Part shown: piece by piece, positions 20,573 through 29,254 of the stretch
Layout of the letters: each line of letters starts with the position of its first letter
Numbering within the stretch: the stretch's first letter is position 1
Source of the DNA: a virus
Length of the DNA: 64,000 nucleotides
Virus record (IMG/VR): IMGVR_UViG_3300025133_000037
Span: 1 to 64,000 of that record
Strand: one strand, 5' to 3'
The notes under the pieces: model-generated
Seen by the model: the letters and a program-made list of their open reading frames with translations, nothing else
Told to the model about the DNA's origin: nothing
Database searches by the model: none
Made by a program: the position numbers and the translations under genes

Positions 20573-21481
20573 CTATATGATCTTGCGCGAACGAAGGTGC
20601 CTTAATCTTACAAAAGCGGGCGCCCCGGAGCTTAAATTAGTGAATGTTCCATAAGAAGCAGGCGCAGGTCTTATAGAATTCTTTATAAACTTTAACCTCT
20701 CTCGATATGATGTAAGAAAATTTTGATAATGAGCTTGCAAGAAGTCTCCTAAGGCAGGAGGCTGATATGAGATGCCTCCATCACTAATCGTAAAATCTCT
20801 ACCCTTCTCTACAAGGGCCTGCGAAGATAGCGCTAAAATATAAGCGCCCTCTGTAATTGCGTGTGAAAATGTTTTATGAATTATTTCATCAGCAAATGTG
20901 AATGATGTAAAAAATGGGATCATATTAAACTCAGACAAAGAAGAGCACAAAAAGCATGCTAAAATTTCATCACTAAATACATTGCAATCCTCCATAACCA
21001 TTTCGCCATAACCATCTACAATAAAAGCTCCATACTCATCACGAGAAGGCTTCTGTCCGTCTGATCTAAGCCTTGCCTTCATATATTTCAATAAAATATT
21101 AAGACCAACAAGCTCCGATTCTGAAAAATCAAAATCAACATCATCCCCTAAAACGGCCGATCCAGCGACTGCCGATGCCTCATCTGTAACCAAAAATTTA
21201 AACTCATTGGTTAGTCCGGCACCGTCAACAGTCGCCGTCCATGTATCTGTCCATAAACCCTTATCTGCTGATGAGCCAACATCATATGAATAAACATACA
21301 ATCCAGTATCTTCTCTTGTAACCCCAGTTGATGTTGGACTAACATCAGTATCATCATCTGGATTTGTAATGCTTATTTCCGGAGTAGATTCGGCATCCTG
21401 TGGCAGCCCATCAGGCCCATAGTATTGAATACTTAGCTCGACTGCTTCGCCTCTGATTGCCTTATTTCTATTATTAGCCAT
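20573..21481 (-). CDS. Head-tail adaptor (neck 1)-like protein with N-terminal Ig-like domain
   Basis: Ig-like 'TGLYVYSY...GLWTDTW'; adaptor-like 'FSDEILACFL..SLSEFN..P', 'FTISDGGISY'. Confidence 0.6.
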   Translation of the reverse strand: MANNRNKAIRGEAVELSIQYYGPDGLPQDAESTPEISITNPDDDTDVSPTSTGVTREDTGLYVYSYDVGSSADKGLWTDTWTATVDGAGLTNEFKFLVTDEASAVAGSAVLGDDVDFDFSESELVGLNILLKYMKARLRSDGQKPSRDEYGAFIVDGYGEMVMEDCNVFSDEILACFLCSSLSEFNMIPFFTSFTFADEIIHKTFSHAITEGAYILALSSQALVEKGRDFTISDGGISYQPPALGDFLQAHYQNFLTSYRERLKFIKNSIRPAPASYGTFTNLSSGAPAFVRLRHLRSRKII

Positions 21482-21810
21482 TATCTTGCCTCTGCCCTAG
21501 GAACATTGATTGTGTCAGATTTTGAATTAACTGTAAAATTCTCCAAAACAGACAGCTCAACATCCTCTATTGTATACGCGATTATTACTACATAATCTCC
21601 GGCAATATCAGGGATATAATCATAATAATATGTTCCATAATCCTGATCTAATGCTGACATGGATTTAGATGAGCTATATGCAGATGTTCCGTCTGGTTTT
21701 ATAATTTGCTTAATAACAGGATCTATATCTTCGGTAAAAGGAACTCCGGCGTCTGTCACCTGAAGAGGAACCCTTACTGTTGCTCCTATAATATAACTTC
21801 CCATGGCCAT
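21481..21810 (-). CDS. Small Ig-like virion protein
   Basis: 'GTYYYDY.P..AGDYVV' resembles the N-terminal domain of 20573-21481. Confidence 0.55.
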   Translation of the reverse strand: MAMGSYIIGATVRVPLQVTDAGVPFTEDIDPVIKQIIKPDGTSAYSSSKSMSALDQDYGTYYYDYIPDIAGDYVVIIAYTIEDVELSVLENFTVNSKSDTINVPRAEAR

Positions 21811-21811
21811 A

Positions 21812-22264
21812 TCAAGTCTCCTCTATATAGTCTATGACAAGAAAGTCTGAAACATTAAAATCAGATGGATCGTAATCTCCAGAAAACTCAAATGATTTAC
21901 CATCTTCTGACAATGCAACATCTATAGTTACATTCAATCCATTAAAAAAGACTCTAAAGATATCGGAAGAAACTTTGGCCGCACCATTTTTATCAACAAC
22001 TTGGTAAGTATATTTTCCAAACTCAACTTGGTCAGAAATATTAACAAGATATTGATTTGAAGCAACAGGGGCAGATACTTCGCCTGAATTTATTAAATCT
22101 ACAATTTCTTGAGCAAACTCAGTAGAGACGGCCGGAGAATCTGCATCAAATATTATTTGATTTATTTTTATAAGATTTCCATCTTCATCTTTTACAGTTC
22201 TCTCTAAACTAATTGTTCCGTCGCTAGATGTAGTTGGAAATTTTGTAGCGGGGCCCGATGCCAT
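21812..22264 (-). CDS. Virion protein with V-x-x-NG beta-sandwich domain (fibre/whisker family member 1)
   Basis: 'FRVFFNGLNV...FEF...SDFLVIDY'. Confidence 0.55.
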   Translation of the reverse strand: MASGPATKFPTTSSDGTISLERTVKDEDGNLIKINQIIFDADSPAVSTEFAQEIVDLINSGEVSAPVASNQYLVNISDQVEFGKYTYQVVDKNGAAKVSSDIFRVFFNGLNVTIDVALSEDGKSFEFSGDYDPSDFNVSDFLVIDYIEET

Positions 22265-22312
22265 GTTAGATCTCCATTCTTTTATGCTAAAAAAATTAGC
22301 ATATTAATAATA

Positions 22313-22813
22313 TCAAATTTCCTTATAAGCTTTTATCTCAACAAAGGCACCTTTGTTTATTGGATCGAAAAATTCAATTATGAGACAACCATCTTTATCT
22401 CTGCCTAAAGTATAATCCAACTCTTCATATGGGCAATATACTTGCCTTATTCCGTCTACATAAACTTCTACAAAAAGAGAAAACCTTCCTCGATCTTTTT
22501 GATATTCTTTTTTTAATACCAAAAGATTTTTTTCCTCTATAACAAACATATCTGAATCTTCTTTTAAAAAAAGTGCTTCATAATGAATATACTTTGGATC
22601 AGACAGCCTCTTTGCTCTAGCCACCTCTTCCCTTACATTATTAGACTCTTCTTTAATCAATCTACTGTAATCTTCTCTCTTTTTACTTAAAACAGCAGAT
22701 TCTGCCTTTAGAGTCAAAAGATATCCCCTAACTTCCTCTTTAACAACGGTTTCAATATATTCTTTAAATTTATCAAAAAGATTATTTAAAAACTTATTTT
22801 TTGGAATCTTCAT
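22313..22813 (-). CDS. Coiled-coil plus beta-sandwich virion protein (family member 2)
   Basis: 'EEVARAK', 'VEVYVDGIRQ...LDYTL...IIEFFDP...FVEIKAY'. Confidence 0.55.
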   Translation of the reverse strand: MKIPKNKFLNNLFDKFKEYIETVVKEEVRGYLLTLKAESAVLSKKREDYSRLIKEESNNVREEVARAKRLSDPKYIHYEALFLKEDSDMFVIEEKNLLVLKKEYQKDRGRFSLFVEVYVDGIRQVYCPYEELDYTLGRDKDGCLIIEFFDPINKGAFVEIKAYKEI

Positions 22814-23117
22814 ATTTAAGTCTCGTTATCCATATGTAGGTAAAATTATTAAGCTCTTCTATTTTCTTTTTTGCCTCTTTATAGTCTTTGCTTCTAAGAT
22901 GCTTATTTATCTCAAGATTTAACAACTCTGAATACTCAAGCCATGTTACGCCCTTGCTCTTAAGTTTGCTGCTTAGTTGCGTTAACCTTTGCTTTCTAGA
23001 GAAGGTAAAGGCAGGGCTGGAAGAGGACATCTCAGACTTAAGACCTGTTTTGTTATAAGGCCTGGAAAATAAAAATTTTATTTTATAAAAAATAATTTTA
23101 AAAAATACTTTAATCAT
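22794..23117 (-). CDS. Hypothetical basic protein
   Basis: Likely start MIKVFF at 23117; the upstream extension in the ORF track overlaps a hairpin. Confidence 0.5.
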   Translation of the reverse strand: MIKVFFKIIFYKIKFLFSRPYNKTGLKSEMSSSSPAFTFSRKQRLTQLSSKLKSKGVTWLEYSELLNLEINKHLRSKDYKEAKKKIEELNNFTYIWITRLKYEDSKK

Positions 23118-23119
23118 AA

Positions 23120-23197
23120 AACTTGAAATCCTATAATAAAAAGGGAGGGGAGTTTCCTCCCCTCCCAAGGTTACATATTATATATCAATATTAGTCA
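23120..23197. repeat. About 78-bp direct repeat copy 1 (GGGAGGGG hairpin terminator plus GACTAAT motif)
   Basis: Near-identical to 24071-24146; stem gggagggga/tcccctccc with U-run on the minus strand. Confidence 0.85.
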
Positions 23198-23216
23198 AAA
23201 AGTGTTATATAATTAA

Positions 23217-23981
23217 TTATACTTCTTCTGCAACACCTGTGCCAAAGTCGCTATAAGGTAGATCGCCACCAAGATCAAAGTCTGGATCAGGAGTTCCTTC
23301 TCCAATTCTTTTCAGAGCAATCTCGACGATAAGGGTGTCGTCAGCATGCATGTGTCGGACGATGATGACATCCGTCTCACCCGGCGGTTGAACGAGGAAG
23401 AAGTCTCCATCTTCCAAATCCCCCTGCGAGGCCTCAACTAAGTCTTCACCATTAAGAATAACCCTAATTGCAACTTGGCTAGGATCAATCGTCCAGTCCT
23501 GGGCATTGACGCTCTCGGAGTCATAGGTTATGCCAAACGCCGCGAAGTGACTGTCCAGTCGCAACGCGAGCGCTGGCCCTGGATTAACAGTTTGATCAAA
23601 GGGCTCTCCGGCCCCATCGGGTATGCCGGACCCACCCTGATTCCCTTGGGTCGGCGCATGGGCTTCATAGGATATTCTAGTCAATCTTTTGTTTTCAAGT
23701 CTAGTGAGACGAGCTATAAGCTCTGAGAAGGTAAGGTTCGCCTCAACCCCAAGATCTTCATATGCTGCTTTGAAGTTGTTGTCATTGTCTTTGATGGCGT
23801 TCCGTACCTCAACTAATGATTCTAAGATCCCGTCTTGGTCCACATGTGAAGTGGCGTTATCGATACGAGTATCAAGCTCGGCCTCTTCGGCCATAGCACG
23901 GTTAGTTTCGATCAGAATCGCATCGTCAACCGCTGCAAACACCTCTGGATGGAGTTGTTTGTTTTTAAGTAATGCTTTCAT
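23217..23981 (-). CDS. Fibre/whisker-like virion protein (family member 3)
   Basis: Close paralogue of 24155-24916 (MKALLK..Q.HPEVF; ETNRA...E; RVILNGEDL; GTPD.DFDLGGDLPY); higher GC than flanks. Confidence 0.65.
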   Translation of the reverse strand: MKALLKNKQLHPEVFAAVDDAILIETNRAMAEEAELDTRIDNATSHVDQDGILESLVEVRNAIKDNDNNFKAAYEDLGVEANLTFSELIARLTRLENKRLTRISYEAHAPTQGNQGGSGIPDGAGEPFDQTVNPGPALALRLDSHFAAFGITYDSESVNAQDWTIDPSQVAIRVILNGEDLVEASQGDLEDGDFFLVQPPGETDVIIVRHMHADDTLIVEIALKRIGEGTPDPDFDLGGDLPYSDFGTGVAEEV

Positions 23982-24070
23982 TTTCTTTTCCTTTATTATT
24001 TATTTGGTTATAAAACTAAACATAAATTATGTTACTTTAAGCTAATAGATTCAGAGTGTAGATGTCATCT

Positions 24071-24146
24071 AACTTAAAATCCTATAGCGAAAAGGGAGGG
24101 GAGGAAGCTCCCCTCCCAAGGTTTCGTATTATATCAATATTAGTCA
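24071..24146. repeat. Direct repeat copy 2 (GGGAGGGG hairpin terminator plus GACTAAT motif)
   Basis: aacttaaaatcctatagcgaaaagggaggggaggaagctcccctcccaaggtttcgtattatatcaatattagtca. Confidence 0.85.
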
Positions 24147-24154
24147 GTAGTTAA

Positions 24155-24916
24155 TTACACTACGGGGCCTTCCTCAGCAGGCTCTGGGTCTCCATAAGGT
24201 AGATCGCCACCAAGATCAAAGTCCATATCAGGAGTTCCTTGGTCAACTCTTTTCAGAGCGGTCTCGAATACAATTGTGTCGTCATCCTCTAAATGATCAG
24301 GCAAGACAACGAAGCACTCAGGAACATCTACAAAAAAATCTCCGCCAACTAGTTCGTTTGTTTGGCCATCCCAGGTGCCTTCAGCTAAGTCTTCCCCGTT
24401 AAGAATAACTCTCATCACAATTTGGCTGAAGTCTAATTCATGATCTCCGACTTGATTTTGGGTGTTTAAGGTGATCCCTACGGCGGACAAATGAGATGCA
24501 AGGTCCAAAATCAAGAAATTGGCATTGCTCTCCTCAAAGGGCTCATCGACACCGTCAGGTAGGTTGCCCGGAATTGACGTATCGCCAAGCGCCTCATACG
24601 ATATTCTGTTCAATATTCTGTCCTCAAGTCTATCAATACGTGTTGTAAGCTCCCCGAAGGATGCCACTGCCTCGACTCCCATTGCTCTATATGCGTCAAC
24701 AATGCGATTGTCCCCATCTGCAGCCGATGCGGCCAGTTCAGTCAATGATGTTATAACACCATCGTTGGCGTCTACGCTGCCTACCAGATTGGTGATACGA
24801 ACATCAAGCCCGCCCTCGCTGGTTAAGGCGCGATTAGTTTCGTCAAGAACAAGCTGATTAACCAGTTCAAACACTTCTGGGTGGAACTGTCTAATTTTTA
24901 GTAATGCTTTTGCCAT
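24155..24916 (-). CDS. Fibre/whisker-like virion protein (family member 4)
   Basis: Paralogue of 23217-23981; shares the leader ttttcctttattatttatttggttataaaactaaacata. Confidence 0.65.
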   Translation of the reverse strand: MAKALLKIRQFHPEVFELVNQLVLDETNRALTSEGGLDVRITNLVGSVDANDGVITSLTELAASAADGDNRIVDAYRAMGVEAVASFGELTTRIDRLEDRILNRISYEALGDTSIPGNLPDGVDEPFEESNANFLILDLASHLSAVGITLNTQNQVGDHELDFSQIVMRVILNGEDLAEGTWDGQTNELVGGDFFVDVPECFVVLPDHLEDDDTIVFETALKRVDQGTPDMDFDLGGDLPYGDPEPAEEGPVV

Positions 24917-24977
24917 TTTAATTTTCCTTTATTATTTATTTGGTTATAAAACTAAACATAGATTAATTTACTTTAGA

Positions 24978-26312
24978 TTACGCGTTAGGTGGCACGTAGA
25001 CCAGGAACCATATATCAGCCACGTTCGATGGAGCGTTATTCCACCCGTCGAATTTGCCATTATTGTAGCCTGCGTCCTTTAAGCCCTCAAGGACTATAGA
25101 GAAGGTACCGTCGTTGTTGTCTACAACAGATGCGCCATGGTCGCCGCTGCCCTGAGGGGCCGTTTTGGATAGGCCCAGCATAGGTGCGTCTTCTTGTTGA
25201 GCTACATATGAGTGCAGGTTATTTTCAGTTATCATTATCATCGCGTGCTGGTTTGCGCCGAGGCCCCAATCCCAGATACCGTCTTGAGTCAGGAAGTCAT
25301 TTATACCACCCGCTAGCGTCTCAGCCATCTGTTGGGGAGCAGGATGACCAACCTCCGAAGTCCAAATTGCATAATATTCATTATTATTAACCACATTGGT
25401 GGTTAAGGCCATATCGGAAATCGTTGGATCCCAGACCATAAAACCTGGGTTTTCTAAGTTGCCGTTCCCATCGAGTCGCCAGACATAATCATAGCTTTCA
25501 ATCATTCCACCACCATTTAAATTCATGCCAACATCATTGTGGGCAAGGTAGATTTCTACAAAAATGTAGTCTCCTTCTCCACTCGGGCCGTCAAGGTTTG
25601 GTGTGCGAAAATACACGTTCCCGTCTGGAACCATTCCAGCGCCAACATCTTCTTCGCCAACCGTCCAATCACCCTGGCCGGCGAGGACCTCTACCATCGA
25701 TCCAGTGTTGTGCAACTTCTGGCCATTTCTAATGAATCGAATACCATTATAATTTGCCGCATTTCCTTCGAAGACACGATAGTCAAGAGAATAATCAGCA
25801 GCCCAACCTACTCCCAGCTCCGCCTCTACAATATCGGCCCAAGAAGATGCGTACATCGTAATTGGATTACCATTCCCATCTACGATGGGACTCCCAGACA
25901 TATCTAAAGCAGGTACCTGATAGCCTTTACCATCCACCAACGGTCCGCCCGGGTTCAGATCAACTCTGTACTTTATTACTCTAGAGCTTTCGGAAGCGAC
26001 TATTCTCGTTTCACTATTGACCAACTTTGCCGCCAAAGTCGCGGCCATTGAATTAATTTCATCAACCAATTCATCATCCGCCTCAATCATAGCTTGGTTC
26101 ACTTCGGCCAAATCATCTGGCAGAGAAGGGTTACTCGGCTCATAGAGACGAAAGAACTTATCAATTTTGATGGCAATAGCATCTTCGGCAGCGATAGCGC
26201 GGTCATGCTCTACCTCAATACGGGATTGAACCCCTTCTGTTGGGGTGTTTGGTCCAAGCTTACCATTGATAAATTCATCATGGAGCTGGTCCAATCTTAC
26301 TTGCGTTTTCAT
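24978..26312 (-). CDS. Fibre/whisker-like virion protein (family member 5) with extra C-terminal domain
   Basis: MKTQVRLDQLHDEF anchor, 'EHDRAIAAE' coiled coil, 'IRFIRNGQKL...GDW...VYF...GDYIFVEIY'. Confidence 0.6.
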   Translation of the reverse strand: MKTQVRLDQLHDEFINGKLGPNTPTEGVQSRIEVEHDRAIAAEDAIAIKIDKFFRLYEPSNPSLPDDLAEVNQAMIEADDELVDEINSMAATLAAKLVNSETRIVASESSRVIKYRVDLNPGGPLVDGKGYQVPALDMSGSPIVDGNGNPITMYASSWADIVEAELGVGWAADYSLDYRVFEGNAANYNGIRFIRNGQKLHNTGSMVEVLAGQGDWTVGEEDVGAGMVPDGNVYFRTPNLDGPSGEGDYIFVEIYLAHNDVGMNLNGGGMIESYDYVWRLDGNGNLENPGFMVWDPTISDMALTTNVVNNNEYYAIWTSEVGHPAPQQMAETLAGGINDFLTQDGIWDWGLGANQHAMIMITENNLHSYVAQQEDAPMLGLSKTAPQGSGDHGASVVDNNDGTFSIVLEGLKDAGYNNGKFDGWNNAPSNVADIWFLVYVPPNA

Positions 26313-26620
26313 ATTAATTTCCTTTATTTTTAAGTTTCTGTTAAAAACAAACTAAAAACAAACTAAACGATAGGTGCGCCTATAAACAATTCGTCACTTT
26401 ATACAAATCTATATAAAACGGAATATTGTATTGTAGGCATATATTATAGGGTTAAAAACCATTTTTGGTATAAACTTAGAACTTCATAAAATAAACTTAA
26501 ACTAAAATAATTTATTTGTAGCATATATATGTAATATTAGTCAAAAAAGTAAAATAAATTAAATAAACATTTTGCTCGTTGAAAATCAAAATGTTTAAAA
26601 TTTAAAATTTTTACACAAAA

Positions 26621-26842
26621 TTAACTTGAATACAGAATCTTCTTTAACGACCTTACTTTATTATCATATTCGCAAAATTCGCTACTAAAGAATTCTATAG
26701 ATAATCCATCGGCCACAGAGTCTGGGTCTTCCAATATAAATTGAAATCTTCCTGTAGGCAACTTTTGAGCATTAATAAGCTTTAATCCTTTAAGCGTTAA
26801 ATATGCTGCTAATGCCAAATCAGATGTTTCATATTGATTCAT
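26621..26842 (-). CDS. DUF5659-like small protein
   Basis: 'YETSDLALAAYL..KG.KL...FQF...Y...VRSLK' pattern. Confidence 0.6.
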   Translation of the reverse strand: MNQYETSDLALAAYLTLKGLKLINAQKLPTGRFQFILEDPDSVADGLSIEFFSSEFCEYDNKVRSLKKILYSS

Positions 26843-26891
26843 AGATTTTCCCTCTTATACGTTTCTCTTTTAAAATTAATAGACACGCAAG

Positions 26892-27413
26892 CTATTCTCT
26901 ACAATGTTTCTCTATATATTTTCTATGTGTAGAGCAGGTTGTTTTATTTTTTGGAGCCTGTCTCTTGCATCTCATACCATCTTTTTTCACATAATCACAT
27001 TGTATAAACTTAAATCCAACTACATCAGTATATGTGCTTGATGTACTTTTTTCATTTGATATTCCAGAATCATTTGTTATTGCAATTTTTGGGGATAATT
27101 CTTCTGGCTCCATTACTACATGAGAATGCTTATCATTCAATATGCTATCACCTTCTTCTTCCATAACAATAAATGGATCAGAATTTATCATATCAACATA
27201 TTGTTCTCCGGAAGGTTTTAATCCTGCAAGTTCTTCTTCATAGTCGAAAAATGTGTCATATTTTTCAGACTCACCCTCTTCCTCATTCATAACAACATAA
27301 TTCTCATCTCTTCTGGAGAAAATCTTTATTTGAGCACGATCTTGCAAAGGGGTTCCTTTGATATACCGAAGCCTAGAACTTAACTTTTTTGATAACATAT
27401 TTCCCTCATTCAA
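26892..27413 (-). CDS. Protein with C-terminal CCCH zinc finger
   Basis: QCDYVKKDGMRCKRQAPKNKTTCSTH. Confidence 0.6.
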   Translation of the reverse strand: MNEGNMLSKKLSSRLRYIKGTPLQDRAQIKIFSRRDENYVVMNEEEGESEKYDTFFDYEEELAGLKPSGEQYVDMINSDPFIVMEEEGDSILNDKHSHVVMEPEELSPKIAITNDSGISNEKSTSSTYTDVVGFKFIQCDYVKKDGMRCKRQAPKNKTTCSTHRKYIEKHCRE

Positions 27414-27430
27414 TGCAATGAAATTAGCAT

Positions 27431-27467
27431 AAAAAAAGAGGCATAGTGCCTTAACACTATGCCTCTC
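27431..27467 (-). terminator. Intrinsic terminator after major capsid gene
   Basis: gaggcatagtg/cactatgcctc 11-bp stem plus U7 on the minus strand. Confidence 0.85.
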
Positions 27468-27488
27468 AATATTATTCTACAGGTTAAA

Positions 27489-28499
27489 TTACACAGTACC
27501 AGTAGCGACACCACGTGGGTTAACGATACCAATTCCGATAATCTCATTCACAACCCAACCAAGCTTAAGCTGCTTGGGCTCATCAGCGGGAAGTACCTCG
27601 ATGTCCTGACGGACAGGCATCACACCAACGAACTCTGGATCAGCACAAGCAAAACAGCGGCCCTGAGGCACAACCTTGGAGACGATAATATCGGCACCAA
27701 AGACGTGACCATAAAGACCAGTCTGAAGAAGCTCACGCTGAGTGACAGGATCGACCTGAGAGTTTGCGTTACCAGCAGATTCCCAAGTAAGAATATCAGT
27801 GAACTCATTGATGTTCATGAAGTACTTGGAAGTCACAAGGTCCCAACGATCAACTTGACGCTTAAGGTTAACAAGGCCATCCTTGCCTAGAGCGCCAACG
27901 GTGAGAGCATCAAGTGCCTGAGCAGTATTCTCTCCACCTTCGGTGTTATCACCAGCAAACTGTAGGGCAGCAAAGACGTTAGCGTCTTCCTGGGCCTGAA
28001 TTTCCTGACGAGCCTTCTGCTGAGCACGATCAATTACATTGAATCGACGACGCTTAACTTCGGCAATACGAACCGTTGGATTTGAGACAACCTCAAACTC
28101 AGGAACGGTCACGCGGTCACCAAAGACACGAGACTCAGGTGCAGCACCATTACTGGATACAACTACAGCCGCGACATCAATATCACGGTCATAAACAGGC
28201 AGAGCACCCTGGGGTAGAGGATCAACAACGAGAGCCTTGCGAGCTACTCCCTGATAATCAAGGTTTCTACGAATTGGGTTGGCCATTGCCTGACCTAAGG
28301 CAATCTTGCCTTCTTGTGTCATAAGAGCCTGCTTAATCATCTCATCTCTCTGACCATCATTTAAGCTTGGCGCAGTTGCCTGAGCGTTGCTTGACGGCTG
28401 AAGATCTTCAATAATAGAAGCATACTTTACAATCTGTGTTAGGGCCTCAGTTACATTGGAGGCGTTAATTTCACCATGTGTATTAAATAAATTAGACAT
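27489..28499 (-). CDS. Major capsid protein (HK97 fold)
   Basis: Start MSNLF at 28499 with AGGAGG; 'AMANPIRRNLDYQGVARK', 'RRFNVIDRAQQKA..EIQAQED', 'GWVVNEIIGIGIVNPRGV'; highly-expressed-style codon bias; strong terminator. Confidence 0.85.
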   Translation of the reverse strand: MSNLFNTHGEINASNVTEALTQIVKYASIIEDLQPSSNAQATAPSLNDGQRDEMIKQALMTQEGKIALGQAMANPIRRNLDYQGVARKALVVDPLPQGALPVYDRDIDVAAVVVSSNGAAPESRVFGDRVTVPEFEVVSNPTVRIAEVKRRRFNVIDRAQQKARQEIQAQEDANVFAALQFAGDNTEGGENTAQALDALTVGALGKDGLVNLKRQVDRWDLVTSKYFMNINEFTDILTWESAGNANSQVDPVTQRELLQTGLYGHVFGADIIVSKVVPQGRCFACADPEFVGVMPVRQDIEVLPADEPKQLKLGWVVNEIIGIGIVNPRGVATGTV

Positions 28500-28509
28500 T
28501 AGTTCCTCC

Positions 28510-29166
28510 TTATATCTGTGTACCGGTGAAGAAAATAGCCGAATGCGCTTGCACACGGGCTTCTCCAGCAGCAGTGTTAGTGGTAGAGACAAGTGACTGA
28601 TCTGTCATATGTCCAACAAACATTCCGAGCGCATTGCCGCCGCCGCCATCGTCACCGAGAAGGCCAGTGGCATCCGCAAGGACGTTAGTGTTAGCAACCT
28701 GGTATGCGTTAAGAGCGTTTGTATGCACAGTAGAATCGGTAGCAGCCGCACCGCTAACGCCATAAAGACCTGCGGTAGCCCAAACAGTAACCTTGCCAGA
28801 GGCACGATCAGTCGCAGGACCGATAACAACTGCGCCTCCGCCAGTAACTTGAGTAGCTCGACCAGCATTTGAGCCAATCAGCGATCCAAAAAGTGTTCCA
28901 TATTCGTCTTCGCCCTCATCGGCTAGGCCGCCGAGAACTCCGTCTGTACAAGGTCCGACGCTGAATCTTACAGCGATTCTATTCGGATCTGTTAGATCAG
29001 CCCCAATAAATGGGCCGTGCCCACCTACATCAGCAGCATAACCATCGTCGTCTGTGTCAGCAACAAGGCCAACATACTCGCCACCCTCAAGGGTGCCGGC
29101 ATCATCATCTTCGAGGTCAAACATGCCAAGGGGACGTAATCCTGGATTTAATAAATGTAAAGCCAT
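28510..29166 (-). CDS. Capsid decoration/cement-like protein
   Basis: Directly upstream of MCP; 'ASGKVTVW...GLY' motif shared with 32379-33071. Confidence 0.6.
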   Translation of the reverse strand: MALHLLNPGLRPLGMFDLEDDDAGTLEGGEYVGLVADTDDDGYAADVGGHGPFIGADLTDPNRIAVRFSVGPCTDGVLGGLADEGEDEYGTLFGSLIGSNAGRATQVTGGGAVVIGPATDRASGKVTVWATAGLYGVSGAAATDSTVHTNALNAYQVANTNVLADATGLLGDDGGGGNALGMFVGHMTDQSLVSTTNTAAGEARVQAHSAIFFTGTQI

Positions 29167-29198
29167 TTTTAATTTCTCCTTAATATTTTATATCTTAT

Positions 29199-29223
29199 AA
29201 TACATTTAACCATTAAATGTATT
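29199..29223. promoter_or_regulatory. Perfect 11-bp inverted repeat in the leader of the decoration/MCP genes
   Basis: aatacatttaa-cca-ttaaatgtatt. Confidence 0.5.
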
Positions 29224-29254
29224 GTCTAGGTTTATTACTTAACTTAAAGTTCGA

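Noticed and set aside
23120-24146. CRISPR array
   Set aside because: Only two long repeats, separated by a full gene; the other repeats are in-frame coding repeats with no unique spacers or cas genes
6678-24916. Diversity-generating retroelement TR/VR pairs among the duplicated fibre sequences
   Set aside because: No reverse transcriptase in the window; both copies are coding and the differences are not adenine-specific
10288-27413. Giant eukaryotic virus (NCLDV) origin suggested by the fibre C-terminus and CCCH finger
   Set aside because: HK97-type capsid, portal, terminase, sheath and Shine-Dalgarno sites indicate a tailed prokaryotic virus
28500-28592. N-terminal extensions given by the ORF track for MCP (also for ORFs starting at 42144, 40029, 50069, 57169 and 62264)
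   Set aside because: They overlap upstream genes; downstream starts have better RBS or operon packing
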